20,000 nt of DNA, from the NCBI GenBank assembly GCA_964490075.1, contig CAZBBK010000020.1, positions 52,736 through 72,735 on the forward strand, given 5' to 3'. Source of the stretch: an uncultured Gemmatimonadota bacterium (GTDB lineage: Bacteria > GCA-2686955). Shown piece by piece: positions 1 through 7,001 of the stretch; position 1 is the first letter of the stretch; each line of letters starts with the position of its first letter. A model generated the notes under the pieces. That model ran no database searches, was not told where the DNA came from, and saw only the letters and a program-made list of their open reading frames with translations. The position numbers and the translations under genes were made by a program.

Positions 1-3
1 AGA

Positions 4-103
4 NNNNNNNNNNNNNNNNNNNNNNNNNNNNNNNNNNNNNNNNNNNNNNNNNNNNNNNNNNNNNNNNNNNNNNNNNNNNNNNNNNNNNNNNNNNNNNNNN
101 NNN
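4..103. other. Assembly gap (100 N)
   Basis: Run of exactly 100 N, a typical unknown-size scaffold gap. Confidence 0.99.
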
Positions 104-105
104 AC

Positions 106-420
106 CAGGATGGTCCCGAGGATCGCGAGCCCGGAGAAGAGCTCTTCGAAGAGTTCGCCGACTACCTGCGCGAGGCCGAGATCGAGTTCACCGACGAGGA
201 GCTCGCCGAGGAGGCGGACTACATCGCCGCCAGCATTCGGCGCCAGATCGCCACCACGCGCTTCGGCATGGAGGCGGGCTACCGCTACGGCCTCGAGGCG
301 GATCATCAGCTGCAAGCGGCGATCGAGCTTCTCGACGGGGTGATCGTGCCGGACGATCTGTGGGCCAAGCTCGACGAGCCGGAGGAGCTGGCCGCCGCGG
401 AGCCGGCGTCGACGCCCTGA
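106..420 (+). CDS. 3' fragment of a probable S41-family carboxyl-terminal processing protease (5' part lost in the gap)
   Basis: Not in the ORF track because it has no start codon. My translation of the open frame to TGA at 418-420 is QDGPEDREPGEELFEEFADYLREAEIEFTDEELAEEADYIAASIRRQIATTRFGMEAGYRYGLEADHQLQAAIELLDG...ASTP*. The 'F..YL....IEF ... D.QLQAAIELL' tail resembles the C-termini of long S41/CtpA peptidases. No catalytic domain is visible. Confidence 0.6.
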   Translation, partial: QDGPEDREPGEELFEEFADYLREAEIEFTDEELAEEADYIAASIRRQIATTRFGMEAGYRYGLEADHQLQAAIELLDGVIVPDDLWAKLDEPEELAAAEPASTP

Positions 421-562
421 CTCCCGATCCTTCGTGATCTGAACGAAGCGTCGACTTTGCTCGGTGAAGTTGAATGCTCCGTTCAATTGGCGGTTTCGCC
501 CGGAATCGGCCGGGTCGCCGCAATTCCCTGACCGGCAACCACTTTGGTGCCGATCTTTGACC

Positions 563-578
563 CGGTACGGCGCTTGCA
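563..578 (+). promoter_or_regulatory. Putative sigma-54 (RpoN) -24/-12 promoter upstream of the sigma factor gene
   Basis: CGGTACG-GCGC-TTGCA versus consensus TGGCACG-N4-TTGCW. GG (564-565) and GC (576-577) are exactly 10 nt apart. The motif ends 37 bp before the ATG at 616. Confidence 0.65.
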
Positions 579-615
579 TCCTCCGTGATCGATCCCGATC
601 AGACATGGAGGACCC

Positions 616-1506
616 ATGCGCCCACCCGCCCCCACCCACGAGCTCGAGCACTACCTCGACTCGATCGGTGCCTTCGACCTCTTGAACAGCGACGACGAGC
701 GAGAGCTCTGCCGTCTGGCTCGCGCCGGCGATACCGAGGCTCGCAACCGGCTGGTCAGCTCCCATCTGCGCTTCGTGGTGCAGACCGCCAAGCGCTACCA
801 GCACCAGGGGCTATCGCTCCAGGATCTGATCCAGGAGGGAAACGTCGGGCTGATCCGCGCTACCGAGCGCTTCGATCCCGATCGGGGCTTCCGCTTCCTC
901 TCCTACGCCTCGTGGTGGATTCGCCAGGCGATCGTGCAGGCGCTGATGGACCACGGCCGTACCGTGCGCCTGCCAGCCTACAAGGTGAAGCGGATTCGCA
1001 AGGCGCGCAAGACCGAGGCGGCGCTCTCGTCGAAGCTGGGGCGGCCGGCCAAGCCCCACGAAGTGGCCCAGGAGCTCGGGCTGGAGGCGCGCACCGTGGT
1101 GGAGGATCGGCGCCAGGCCCAGGGCTCCTTGTCGCTGGATTCCGATCTCTTCCAGGATGAAGGAACCTCCTACCTGGACCTGCTCGCCGACGATCCCGAG
1201 CGGCGTCCCGATCGAATTCACCGCAGCGGACGGCGCCACGAGCTGCTGCAGCGCGCGATGGCCGAGCTTCCCGAGCGTCATCGCCGAGTGCTCGAGCTCT
1301 ACTTCGGCCTCGCCGGCGAGGAATCGCACACGCTGGAGGAGGTCGGCCGAATGCACGGCTTCACTCGCGAGAACGCGCGTCAGATCAAGGCGAGAGCGTT
1401 GAAGACGCTGGCCGGCGCGCTCGAGGACCTGAATCGCTCGGTGGTGCCCTGCGTGGTCGAGGAGCCGGTTTCGATGCTCCTGCCGATGAGAGCGGAGGTG
1501 GCCTGA
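616..1506 (+). CDS. RNA polymerase sigma-70 family factor, RpoD/RpoS-type without region 1.1 (probably an alternative sigma)
   Basis: 296 aa. Region 1.2 LEHYLDSIG; region 2 HLRFVVQTAKRY, DLIQEGNVGLIRATERFDPDRGFRFLSYASWWIRQAI; region 3 LSLD; region 4.2 TLEEVG...TRENARQIK. GGAGG RBS at 607-611. Confidence 0.95.
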   Translation: MRPPAPTHELEHYLDSIGAFDLLNSDDERELCRLARAGDTEARNRLVSSHLRFVVQTAKRYQHQGLSLQDLIQEGNVGLIRATERFDPDRGFRFLSYASWWIRQAIVQALMDHGRTVRLPAYKVKRIRKARKTEAALSSKLGRPAKPHEVAQELGLEARTVVEDRRQAQGSLSLDSDLFQDEGTSYLDLLADDPERRPDRIHRSGRRHELLQRAMAELPERHRRVLELYFGLAGEESHTLEEVGRMHGFTRENARQIKARALKTLAGALEDLNRSVVPCVVEEPVSMLLPMRAEVA

Positions 1507-1518
1507 GCCAAAGGGTCA

Positions 1519-1801
1519 GGTCCCGGCAAAGTCGCCGGGACCAGGCTTCAGGCCTCGGGCTTCAGGCTTCAGACGTCGAGCCCCCGGAGGACCCGGACCC
1601 TTGCTCGAGGTTCGACGCGCGGCTTGCGCCGATTCAGGGGCAGAAGAGCTCGCTGCGTTCGCAACTCGAACGTCGGCAGATTCGTCGCCGACTTGTACTC
1701 GGCTCGTTTGCCCGCCATAGGGTTGGCCAGCTCGGTCCGCCCTGGATGTCCGAATCCGGGCCCGAAGCCCGAAGCCTGGTCCCGGCGACCCTGCCGGGAC
1801 C
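1519..1801. repeat. Intergenic element bounded by 42-bp imperfect inverted repeats, each with a 9-bp hairpin plus heptamer repeats (REP/REPIN- or MITE-like)
   Basis: 1519-1560 matches the reverse complement of 1760-1801 at 38/42 nt. Each arm is GGTCCCGGC-N6-GCCGGGACC. Heptamers RGGCYTC occur x4 at 1543-1570 and GAAGCCY x2 at 1764-1777. Confidence 0.8.
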
Positions 1802-1808
1802 CTCTTTT
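1778..1808 (+). terminator. Possible intrinsic terminator after the sigma gene (right arm of the inverted-repeat element)
   Basis: Perfect 9-bp GC-rich stem GGTCCCGGC/GCCGGGACC with a 6-nt loop, followed by CTCTTTT (weak U-tract), just upstream of the putative nuo promoter. Confidence 0.45.
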
Positions 1809-1823
1809 CGCCGTCGGAAGCGC

Positions 1824-1852
1824 TTGCTGGCGGCCCGGGCGGCTGATACCCT
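1824..1852 (+). promoter_or_regulatory. Putative sigma-70-type promoter of the nuo operon (extended -10)
   Basis: TTGCTG (1824-1829), 17-bp spacer, TACCCT (1847-1852) preceded by TGn (1844-1846). It lies 50 bp upstream of the nuoA start. Confidence 0.55.
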
Positions 1853-1902
1853 ACGCGTCTTTTGAATCGCAACATATTCGACTCGGGCAAGAGGCCTCGC
1901 AG

Positions 1903-2292
1903 GTGATCTTCAACTACGGCAATGTGCTGGTCTTCGCGGCCGTCGCGCTGCTCTTCGTCGGCGTCAGCCTGCTCCTGTCCAAACTGCTTCGACCCCACGT
2001 CTACGACACCGAGAAGCTCACCTCTTATGAGTGCGGCATGCGCCCCGTCGGCAGCGCCTGGGTGCAGTTCAGCGTGCGCTTCTACCTGGTGGCGCTGGCG
2101 TTCATCGTCTTCGACGTCGAGATTCTGTTCCTCTTTCCCTGGTCGGTGGTGTTCCAGGCCGCCGGCATGGCCGCCCTGGTGAAGATGGGCATCTTCATCG
2201 CAATCCTGTTGCTGGGGTTGGCCTACGCCTGGCAGCGCGGCGATCTCGATTGGGTGAAGAAGGTGGTCTCGACCGAGGAAGGGTCGTTCTGA
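1903..2292 (+). CDS. nuoA: NADH-quinone oxidoreductase subunit A
   Basis: GTG start at 1903 inside ORF 1624-2292, after AAGAGG; 129 aa. K..SYECG loop, FYLVALAFIVFDVE.LFLFPW, G.LDW; three TM segments. Confidence 0.95.
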   Translation: MIFNYGNVLVFAAVALLFVGVSLLLSKLLRPHVYDTEKLTSYECGMRPVGSAWVQFSVRFYLVALAFIVFDVEILFLFPWSVVFQAAGMAALVKMGIFIAILLLGLAYAWQRGDLDWVKKVVSTEEGSF

Positions 2293-2356
2293 GGCGTGAT
2301 CGGCGGCCCCAGGCCGCTCGCCACGGTCTCGCTCGAAGCCTCAGATGGAGATCGGA

Positions 2357-2881
2357 ATGAGTGACCAAGCGGCTCCTCCGATGAGCCTGGAGCTGAAGGA
2401 CAACGTCCTGTTGACCAGGGTCGATCGGATCATCGACTGGGCGCGCTTGTCCTCGATCTGGCCGATGACCTTTGGCCTGGCCTGCTGTGCGATCGAGATG
2501 ATGGCGGTCGGTGCGGCTCGCTACGACCTGGACCGCTTCGGCGCCGGGGCCTTTCGCGCGACCCCGCGCCAGGCCGACCTGATGATCGTCGCCGGCACGG
2601 TGGTCTACAAGATGGCGCCCAAGGTGAAGCTGCTCTACGACCAGATGCCCGAGCCGAAATGGGTGATCGCGATGGGGGCCTGCGCGACCGGCGCCGGTCC
2701 CTACTTCAACCACGGTTACCACGTGATGCAGGGGGTCGACCGCATCATCCCGGTCGACGTCTACCTGCCGGGCTGCCCGCCCCGTCCCGAGGCCCTGATC
2801 GACGCCCTGCTGACCCTTCAGGAGAAGATCCGCCGAGAGCGGCCCTTGACCCAGCGGCTGCGCGAGCTGTGGAGCAGGTGA
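2357..2881 (+). CDS. nuoB: NADH-quinone oxidoreductase subunit B (N2 cluster)
   Basis: [14 protein letters not shown] (tandem Cys), [34 protein letters not shown] at 2347-2350 favours the ATG at 2357 over 2345. Confidence 0.97.
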   Translation: MSDQAAPPMSLELKDNVLLTRVDRIIDWARLSSIWPMTFGLACCAIEMMAVGAARYDLDRFGAGAFRATPRQADLMIVAGTVVYKMAPKVKLLYDQMPEPKWVIAMGACATGAGPYFNHGYHVMQGVDRIIPVDVYLPGCPPRPEALIDALLTLQEKIRRERPLTQRLRELWSR

Positions 2882-2885
2882 AGGC

Positions 2886-3398
2886 ATGAAGATCGACCAG
2901 ATCGTAGAGCGCTTGATGGCGATCGGCGGCGAGGAGTCGGTGCTCGAAGAGCTCGACATGCCGGGGCCGGTGGTGCGCCTGCCGCGCGCGGCGCTGGCCG
3001 AGGCGATGCCCTACCTGCGCGAGGCCGGCTTCGACTCGCTGATGGCGCTCTCCGGCATCGACTACAAGGGGATGAAGAAACTGGGCAAAGAGGCGGGCGA
3101 CGCACTGGGTGTCGTCTACCATCTCCATTCCCATCTGCACCGGCTGAAGCTGACCGTGAAGGTGTGGCTGCCGCGCGCCGAGCCGAGCCTGCCTTCGGTG
3201 GCGGCGATCTGGCGCACCGCCGACTGGCACGAGAGGGAAGCCTTCGATCTGTTCGGGATCGTCTTCGAAGGGCACCCCGATCTGCGTCGTTTGCTGCTGC
3301 CCGACGATTGGGAGGGATGGCCGCTGCGCAAGGACTATGCGATGCCCACCGAGTATCGCGGCATTCCTCATCGCGTCGAGGTGGAGGAGCCCTCATGA
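2886..3398 (+). CDS. nuoC: NADH-quinone oxidoreductase subunit C
   Basis: 170 aa; W..ADWHEREAFDLFGIVFEGHPDLRRLLLPDDWEGWPLRKDY signature. Confidence 0.97.
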   Translation: MKIDQIVERLMAIGGEESVLEELDMPGPVVRLPRAALAEAMPYLREAGFDSLMALSGIDYKGMKKLGKEAGDALGVVYHLHSHLHRLKLTVKVWLPRAEPSLPSVAAIWRTADWHEREAFDLFGIVFEGHPDLRRLLLPDDWEGWPLRKDYAMPTEYRGIPHRVEVEEPS

Positions 3399-4519
3399 TG
3401 GGAGCGAGCGCCGAGAATCGCGGCTTCGTGCTCAACATGGGGCCGCAGCACCCCTCCACCCACGGCGTGCTGCGCATGGAGGTCCACTGCGACGGCGAGG
3501 TGGTCAGCGCCGCGCAGGCCGACATCGGCTACCTGCACCGCTGCAAGGAGAAGGTCGCCGAGGAGGAGACATATTTCAAATTCACCCCCTATACCGATCG
3601 CATCGACTACCTGGCGTCGATGAACCAGAACCTCGGCTTCTGCATCGCCGTGGAGCGCTTGGCCGGGATCGAGGTGCCCGAGCGCGCGGAGTACATCCGC
3701 ATCATCGTTGCCGAGCTGAACCGGATCGCCAGCCACCTGGTGGCATTTGGCACCTATGGCCTCGACGTCGGCGCCATCACGCCATTTCTGTACGCGTTTC
3801 GCGAGCGCGAGAAGATCCTCGACATCTTCGAAGAGATCTGCGGCGCGCGCCTGACCTACGCTTATGTCTACATCGGCGGTCTGATCCGCGATATCACGCC
3901 GCGCCATCTCGGCATGATCGCCGACTTCCTCGACTACTTCGAGCCCAAGCTCGAGGAGTACGACCGCCTGCTCTCCTACAACCAGATATTCATCAAGCGC
4001 ACCGCCAACATCGGTGTGTTGCCGGCGGCGATGGCGATCGACTACGGCTGCTCCGGACCGGTGCTGCGCGCCTCGGGCGTGAGCTGGGATCTGCGCCGCG
4101 ACGATACCTTTTCGATTTACGATTCCTTCGATTGGAACGTGGTCGTGGGGCGCGGCGAGATGGGCACCACCGGCGACACCTGGGATCGCTACATCGTGCG
4201 CCTGCGTGAGATGCGCGAGTCGGTGAAGATCCTCCGGCAGGCGATCCGCCAGGTCCCCAAGGGCCCCTTCCAGGGCAAGGTGCCGGCGCGCTTGAAGCCG
4301 AAGTACAGCGAGATCTACTGTCGAACCGAGACCCCTCGCGGCGAGCTCGGCTTCTACCTGGTGGCCGATGGCGCGACCGCGCCCTGGCGTTGCAAGGTCC
4401 GCTCGCCTTGCTTCAGCAATCTCTCGGTGATCGGCGAGCTGGCGCCCGGTCTGATGATCGCCGACCTGGTCGCGGTGCTGGGGTCGATCGACGTGGTGAT
4501 GGGAGACGTGGACCGTTGA
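3395..4519 (+). CDS. nuoD: NADH-quinone oxidoreductase subunit D
   Basis: ATG overlaps the nuoC stop (ATGA); 374 aa. NMGPQHPSTHGVLR, GYLHRCKEK, DRIDY, ELNRIASHL, ETPRGELG, C-terminal GDVDR. No NiFe-binding CxxC pairs. Confidence 0.97.
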   Translation: MMGASAENRGFVLNMGPQHPSTHGVLRMEVHCDGEVVSAAQADIGYLHRCKEKVAEEETYFKFTPYTDRIDYLASMNQNLGFCIAVERLAGIEVPERAEYIRIIVAELNRIASHLVAFGTYGLDVGAITPFLYAFREREKILDIFEEICGARLTYAYVYIGGLIRDITPRHLGMIADFLDYFEPKLEEYDRLLSYNQIFIKRTANIGVLPAAMAIDYGCSGPVLRASGVSWDLRRDDTFSIYDSFDWNVVVGRGEMGTTGDTWDRYIVRLREMRESVKILRQAIRQVPKGPFQGKVPARLKPKYSEIYCRTETPRGELGFYLVADGATAPWRCKVRSPCFSNLSVIGELAPGLMIADLVAVLGSIDVVMGDVDR

Positions 4520-5565
4520 AAGAGCTGGTGTTGAACCTGACCCGGCCCGAGGGACTTCTCGCCGGCCTGTCGACCGGCACCGCGGGCTTGTTGGTGATGT
4601 GCGCGTCCTGCGCCCTGGTGCTCGGGGTGGTGGCGGTCAACGGCATGTTCCTGGTCTGGTGGGAACGCAAAGTGTCGGCTCATATCCAGTGCCGCGTCGG
4701 ACCGATGACCACCGGCTACTGGCACGGCTGGCTGCAGTCGGTCGCCGACGGTGTCAAGCTGCTCCTGAAGGAGAACATCGTCCCGCTCCTGGCCGACAAG
4801 TGGCTGTTCATGCTGGCGCCGGTGTTGGTCTTTATGTCGGCCTTCATGGCCTTCGTGCCGATCCCCTGGAGCGCCGACCTGATCGTCGCCGACCTGAACG
4901 TGGGCGTGCTCTATATTGCGGCCATTACCTCGCTCTCGGTGATCGGCGTGATCATGGCCGGCTGGGCCAGCAACAACAAGTGGAGCCTTTACGGCGGCAT
5001 GCGCGCCGCGGCGCAGATCGTCTCGTACGAGATCCCGGTCGGCCTGGCGCTGGTGCCGGCGCTGATGGCCGCCGAAACGCTGTCGATGCAGGGCATCGTC
5101 GCCAGCCAGGCGGGCGGCATCTGGAACTGGAATCTGTTCGCCGGGGGCCCCTTCACCCTGATCGCCTTCGGGGCCCTCTTCCTCGGCTCTCTGGCCGAGG
5201 TCAACCGTGCCCCCTTCGATCTGCCGGAAGCGGAATCGGAGCTGGTCAGCGGCTTCCACACCGAGTACTCGGGCATGTGCTTCGCCTTTTTCTTCCTGGC
5301 GGAGTACTCGGAGATGTTCATCGTCGCGGCCGTGGCCTCGGTGCTCTACCTCGGCGGCTGGCACGATCCTCTGGGACTGGGACTGGTGCCCGGTCCGCTC
5401 ATGCTCTTGGCCAAAGTGCTGCTCTTGGTGTTCGTACAGATGTGGTTCCGCTGGACCTTCCCGCGGCTGCGCGTCGATCAGCTGATGTTCCTGGCCTGGA
5501 AAGTCCTGACGCCGATCGGTTTCATCAATGTGTTCGGGGCGGCCTTCTGGCTGCTCCTGGCCTAG
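4516..5565 (+). CDS. nuoH: NADH-quinone oxidoreductase subunit H
   Basis: TTG start overlapping the nuoD stop (TTGA), after GGGAG; 349 aa. ERKVSAHIQ.R.GP, LQSVADGVKLLLKE, GWASNNKW, QIVSYE, RAPFDLPEAESELVSGFHTEYSG, PRLRVDQL. Confidence 0.96.
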   Translation: MKELVLNLTRPEGLLAGLSTGTAGLLVMCASCALVLGVVAVNGMFLVWWERKVSAHIQCRVGPMTTGYWHGWLQSVADGVKLLLKENIVPLLADKWLFMLAPVLVFMSAFMAFVPIPWSADLIVADLNVGVLYIAAITSLSVIGVIMAGWASNNKWSLYGGMRAAAQIVSYEIPVGLALVPALMAAETLSMQGIVASQAGGIWNWNLFAGGPFTLIAFGALFLGSLAEVNRAPFDLPEAESELVSGFHTEYSGMCFAFFFLAEYSEMFIVAAVASVLYLGGWHDPLGLGLVPGPLMLLAKVLLLVFVQMWFRWTFPRLRVDQLMFLAWKVLTPIGFINVFGAAFWLLLA

Positions 5566-5578
5566 GATCTCGAGCGAG

Positions 5579-6187
5579 ATGAGAGCCTACCTTCACGATA
5601 TCTACCACGGGATCCGCAGCTCCTGGGCCGGGCTGCGGATCACTTGGAGCCACCTGTTCCGCAAGTCGGTGACCGTCCACTACCCCTTCGAAGAGGTGAA
5701 GGTGGCCGAAGGGTTCCGCGGCCTGCATCATTTGAAGCTGGACATCTGCATCGCCTGCAACCAGTGCGCCAACGCCTGCCCGGTGGCCTGCATCGAGCAG
5801 GATTTCGTACGCGTCGACAAAGAGAACGTGCTGGCGCTGCGTTTCAGCATCGACTACAACAAGTGTCTGTTCTGCTGGTACTGCATTCCGGTCTGCCCCA
5901 CCGATTGCATCACCATGGGGCAGGAATACGAGCTCTCCACCTACGACCGGAGTTCACTGAGCTACGATCTGGTGGCCAGAGCGGAGCCGACCGCGACCCG
6001 TGACATGGTGCTCTTCCGGCAGGAGTTCGGCGAGGCGATCGAGAAGCTGCGCGAGAAGAAGCCGGAGCAGGCGCAGCGCGCCGAGGAGCTGATCGACGAT
6101 CCGGCCGTCGGCCTCTGCGGTCGCAATCCCGCCAAGGAGAAGAGCGCGTCGGCGGGGCACGCGGCGGCGGAGGCGGTGGCGACATGA
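5579..6187 (+). CDS. nuoI: NADH-quinone oxidoreductase subunit I (2x[4Fe-4S]) with C-terminal extension
   Basis: TVHYP...FRG, CIACNQCANACP and CLFCWYCIPVCP ferredoxin motifs. ATG at 5579 (MRAYL); 202 aa. Confidence 0.94.
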   Translation: MRAYLHDIYHGIRSSWAGLRITWSHLFRKSVTVHYPFEEVKVAEGFRGLHHLKLDICIACNQCANACPVACIEQDFVRVDKENVLALRFSIDYNKCLFCWYCIPVCPTDCITMGQEYELSTYDRSSLSYDLVARAEPTATRDMVLFRQEFGEAIEKLREKKPEQAQRAEELIDDPAVGLCGRNPAKEKSASAGHAAAEAVAT

Positions 6188-6693
6188 GCTACGAGTCTTT
6201 TGTCTGGTACTTGATCGCGATCTTCACCGTGGCCACGGCGGTCTACGTGGTCTTCACCCGCAACATCGTTCGCGCCGCTCTCTCTCTGGTCTTCACCTTC
6301 CTCGGGATCGCCGCCCTCTATGTGCTGCTGCGGGCCGACTTCCTGGCCGTGGCACAGCTCTTGATCTACGGCGGAGGCATCACCGTTCTGCTGCTTTTCG
6401 GCGTCATGCTCACCCATCGCCACCAGGGCATGGAGCTCGATCTGGAGCCGCTGAAGGCGCTGCCGGCGGCGCTCATCGCCGGCGGATTCGGGGTCGCGGT
6501 CGTGGCCGCGGCGCGGCGCGCCGACTGGAGCCTGGTCGCTCCGGTGGAGCCGACCGGAACCTCGCAAGCGATCGGTACGATGATCATGACCACCCATCTC
6601 TTGCCCTTCGAAGAGATCTCCGTGCTGCTCTTGGTGGTGCTGGTCGGCGCCCTCTTCCTGGCGCGGCGCGGCGGTGAGGAGGGTTCCTCATGA
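6184..6693 (+). CDS. nuoJ: NADH-quinone oxidoreductase subunit J (copy 1)
   Basis: 169 aa; AQLLIYGGGITVLLLFGVML, PFEEISVLLL. ATGA-coupled to nuoI. Confidence 0.95.
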   Translation: MSYESFVWYLIAIFTVATAVYVVFTRNIVRAALSLVFTFLGIAALYVLLRADFLAVAQLLIYGGGITVLLLFGVMLTHRHQGMELDLEPLKALPAALIAGGFGVAVVAAARRADWSLVAPVEPTGTSQAIGTMIMTTHLLPFEEISVLLLVVLVGALFLARRGGEEGSS

Positions 6694-6995
6694 TTACCTT
6701 GACCCACTACCTGGTGCTGGCCGGAATCCTGTTCTGTCTCGGCCTCTTCGCGGTGCTGACGCGGCGCAACGCGGTCACGGTTCTGATGGGGATCGAGCTG
6801 ATGCTCAATGCCGGGAATCTGAACCTGGTCGCCTTCAACCGCTTCACGGCCACCGGCGGCGAGGGTCAGATCTTCGCGCTCTTCATCATCGTGCTGGCCG
6901 CGGCCGAGGCGGCGATCGCGCTGGCGATCTTGCTGACCATCTACCGCACTTACAAACACATCACGGTGGACGAGATCCACCTTTTGCAGGGCTGA
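6690..6995 (+). CDS. nuoK: NADH-quinone oxidoreductase subunit K (copy 1)
   Basis: 101 aa; RRN..., MGIELMLNA, AAAEAAIALA (both conserved Glu present). Confidence 0.96.
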   Translation: MITLTHYLVLAGILFCLGLFAVLTRRNAVTVLMGIELMLNAGNLNLVAFNRFTATGGEGQIFALFIIVLAAAEAAIALAILLTIYRTYKHITVDEIHLLQG

Positions 6996-7001
6996 GTTTC
7001 G

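Noticed and set aside
110-343. 77-aa ORF from the track
   Set aside because: Ser/Arg-rich shadow frame. The frame 106-420 gives a protein-like sequence with typical codon usage.
1543-1570. CRISPR array or known ncRNA in the sigma-nuoA intergenic region
   Set aside because: Only four 7-nt tandem units without spacers, no cas genes, and no tRNA, 6S or riboswitch consensus that I can recognise.
1516-1998. 160-aa minus-strand ORF across the intergenic element
   Set aside because: It overlaps nuoA in antisense, its composition reflects the repeats, and it has no domain-like features.
2357-4519. Group 4 [NiFe]-hydrogenase (Ech/Hyc/Mbh) interpretation of the headless complex
   Set aside because: The large subunit has no N- or C-terminal CxxC Ni ligands (it ends GDVDR), the small subunit has the complex I tandem CC motif, and nuoA is present.
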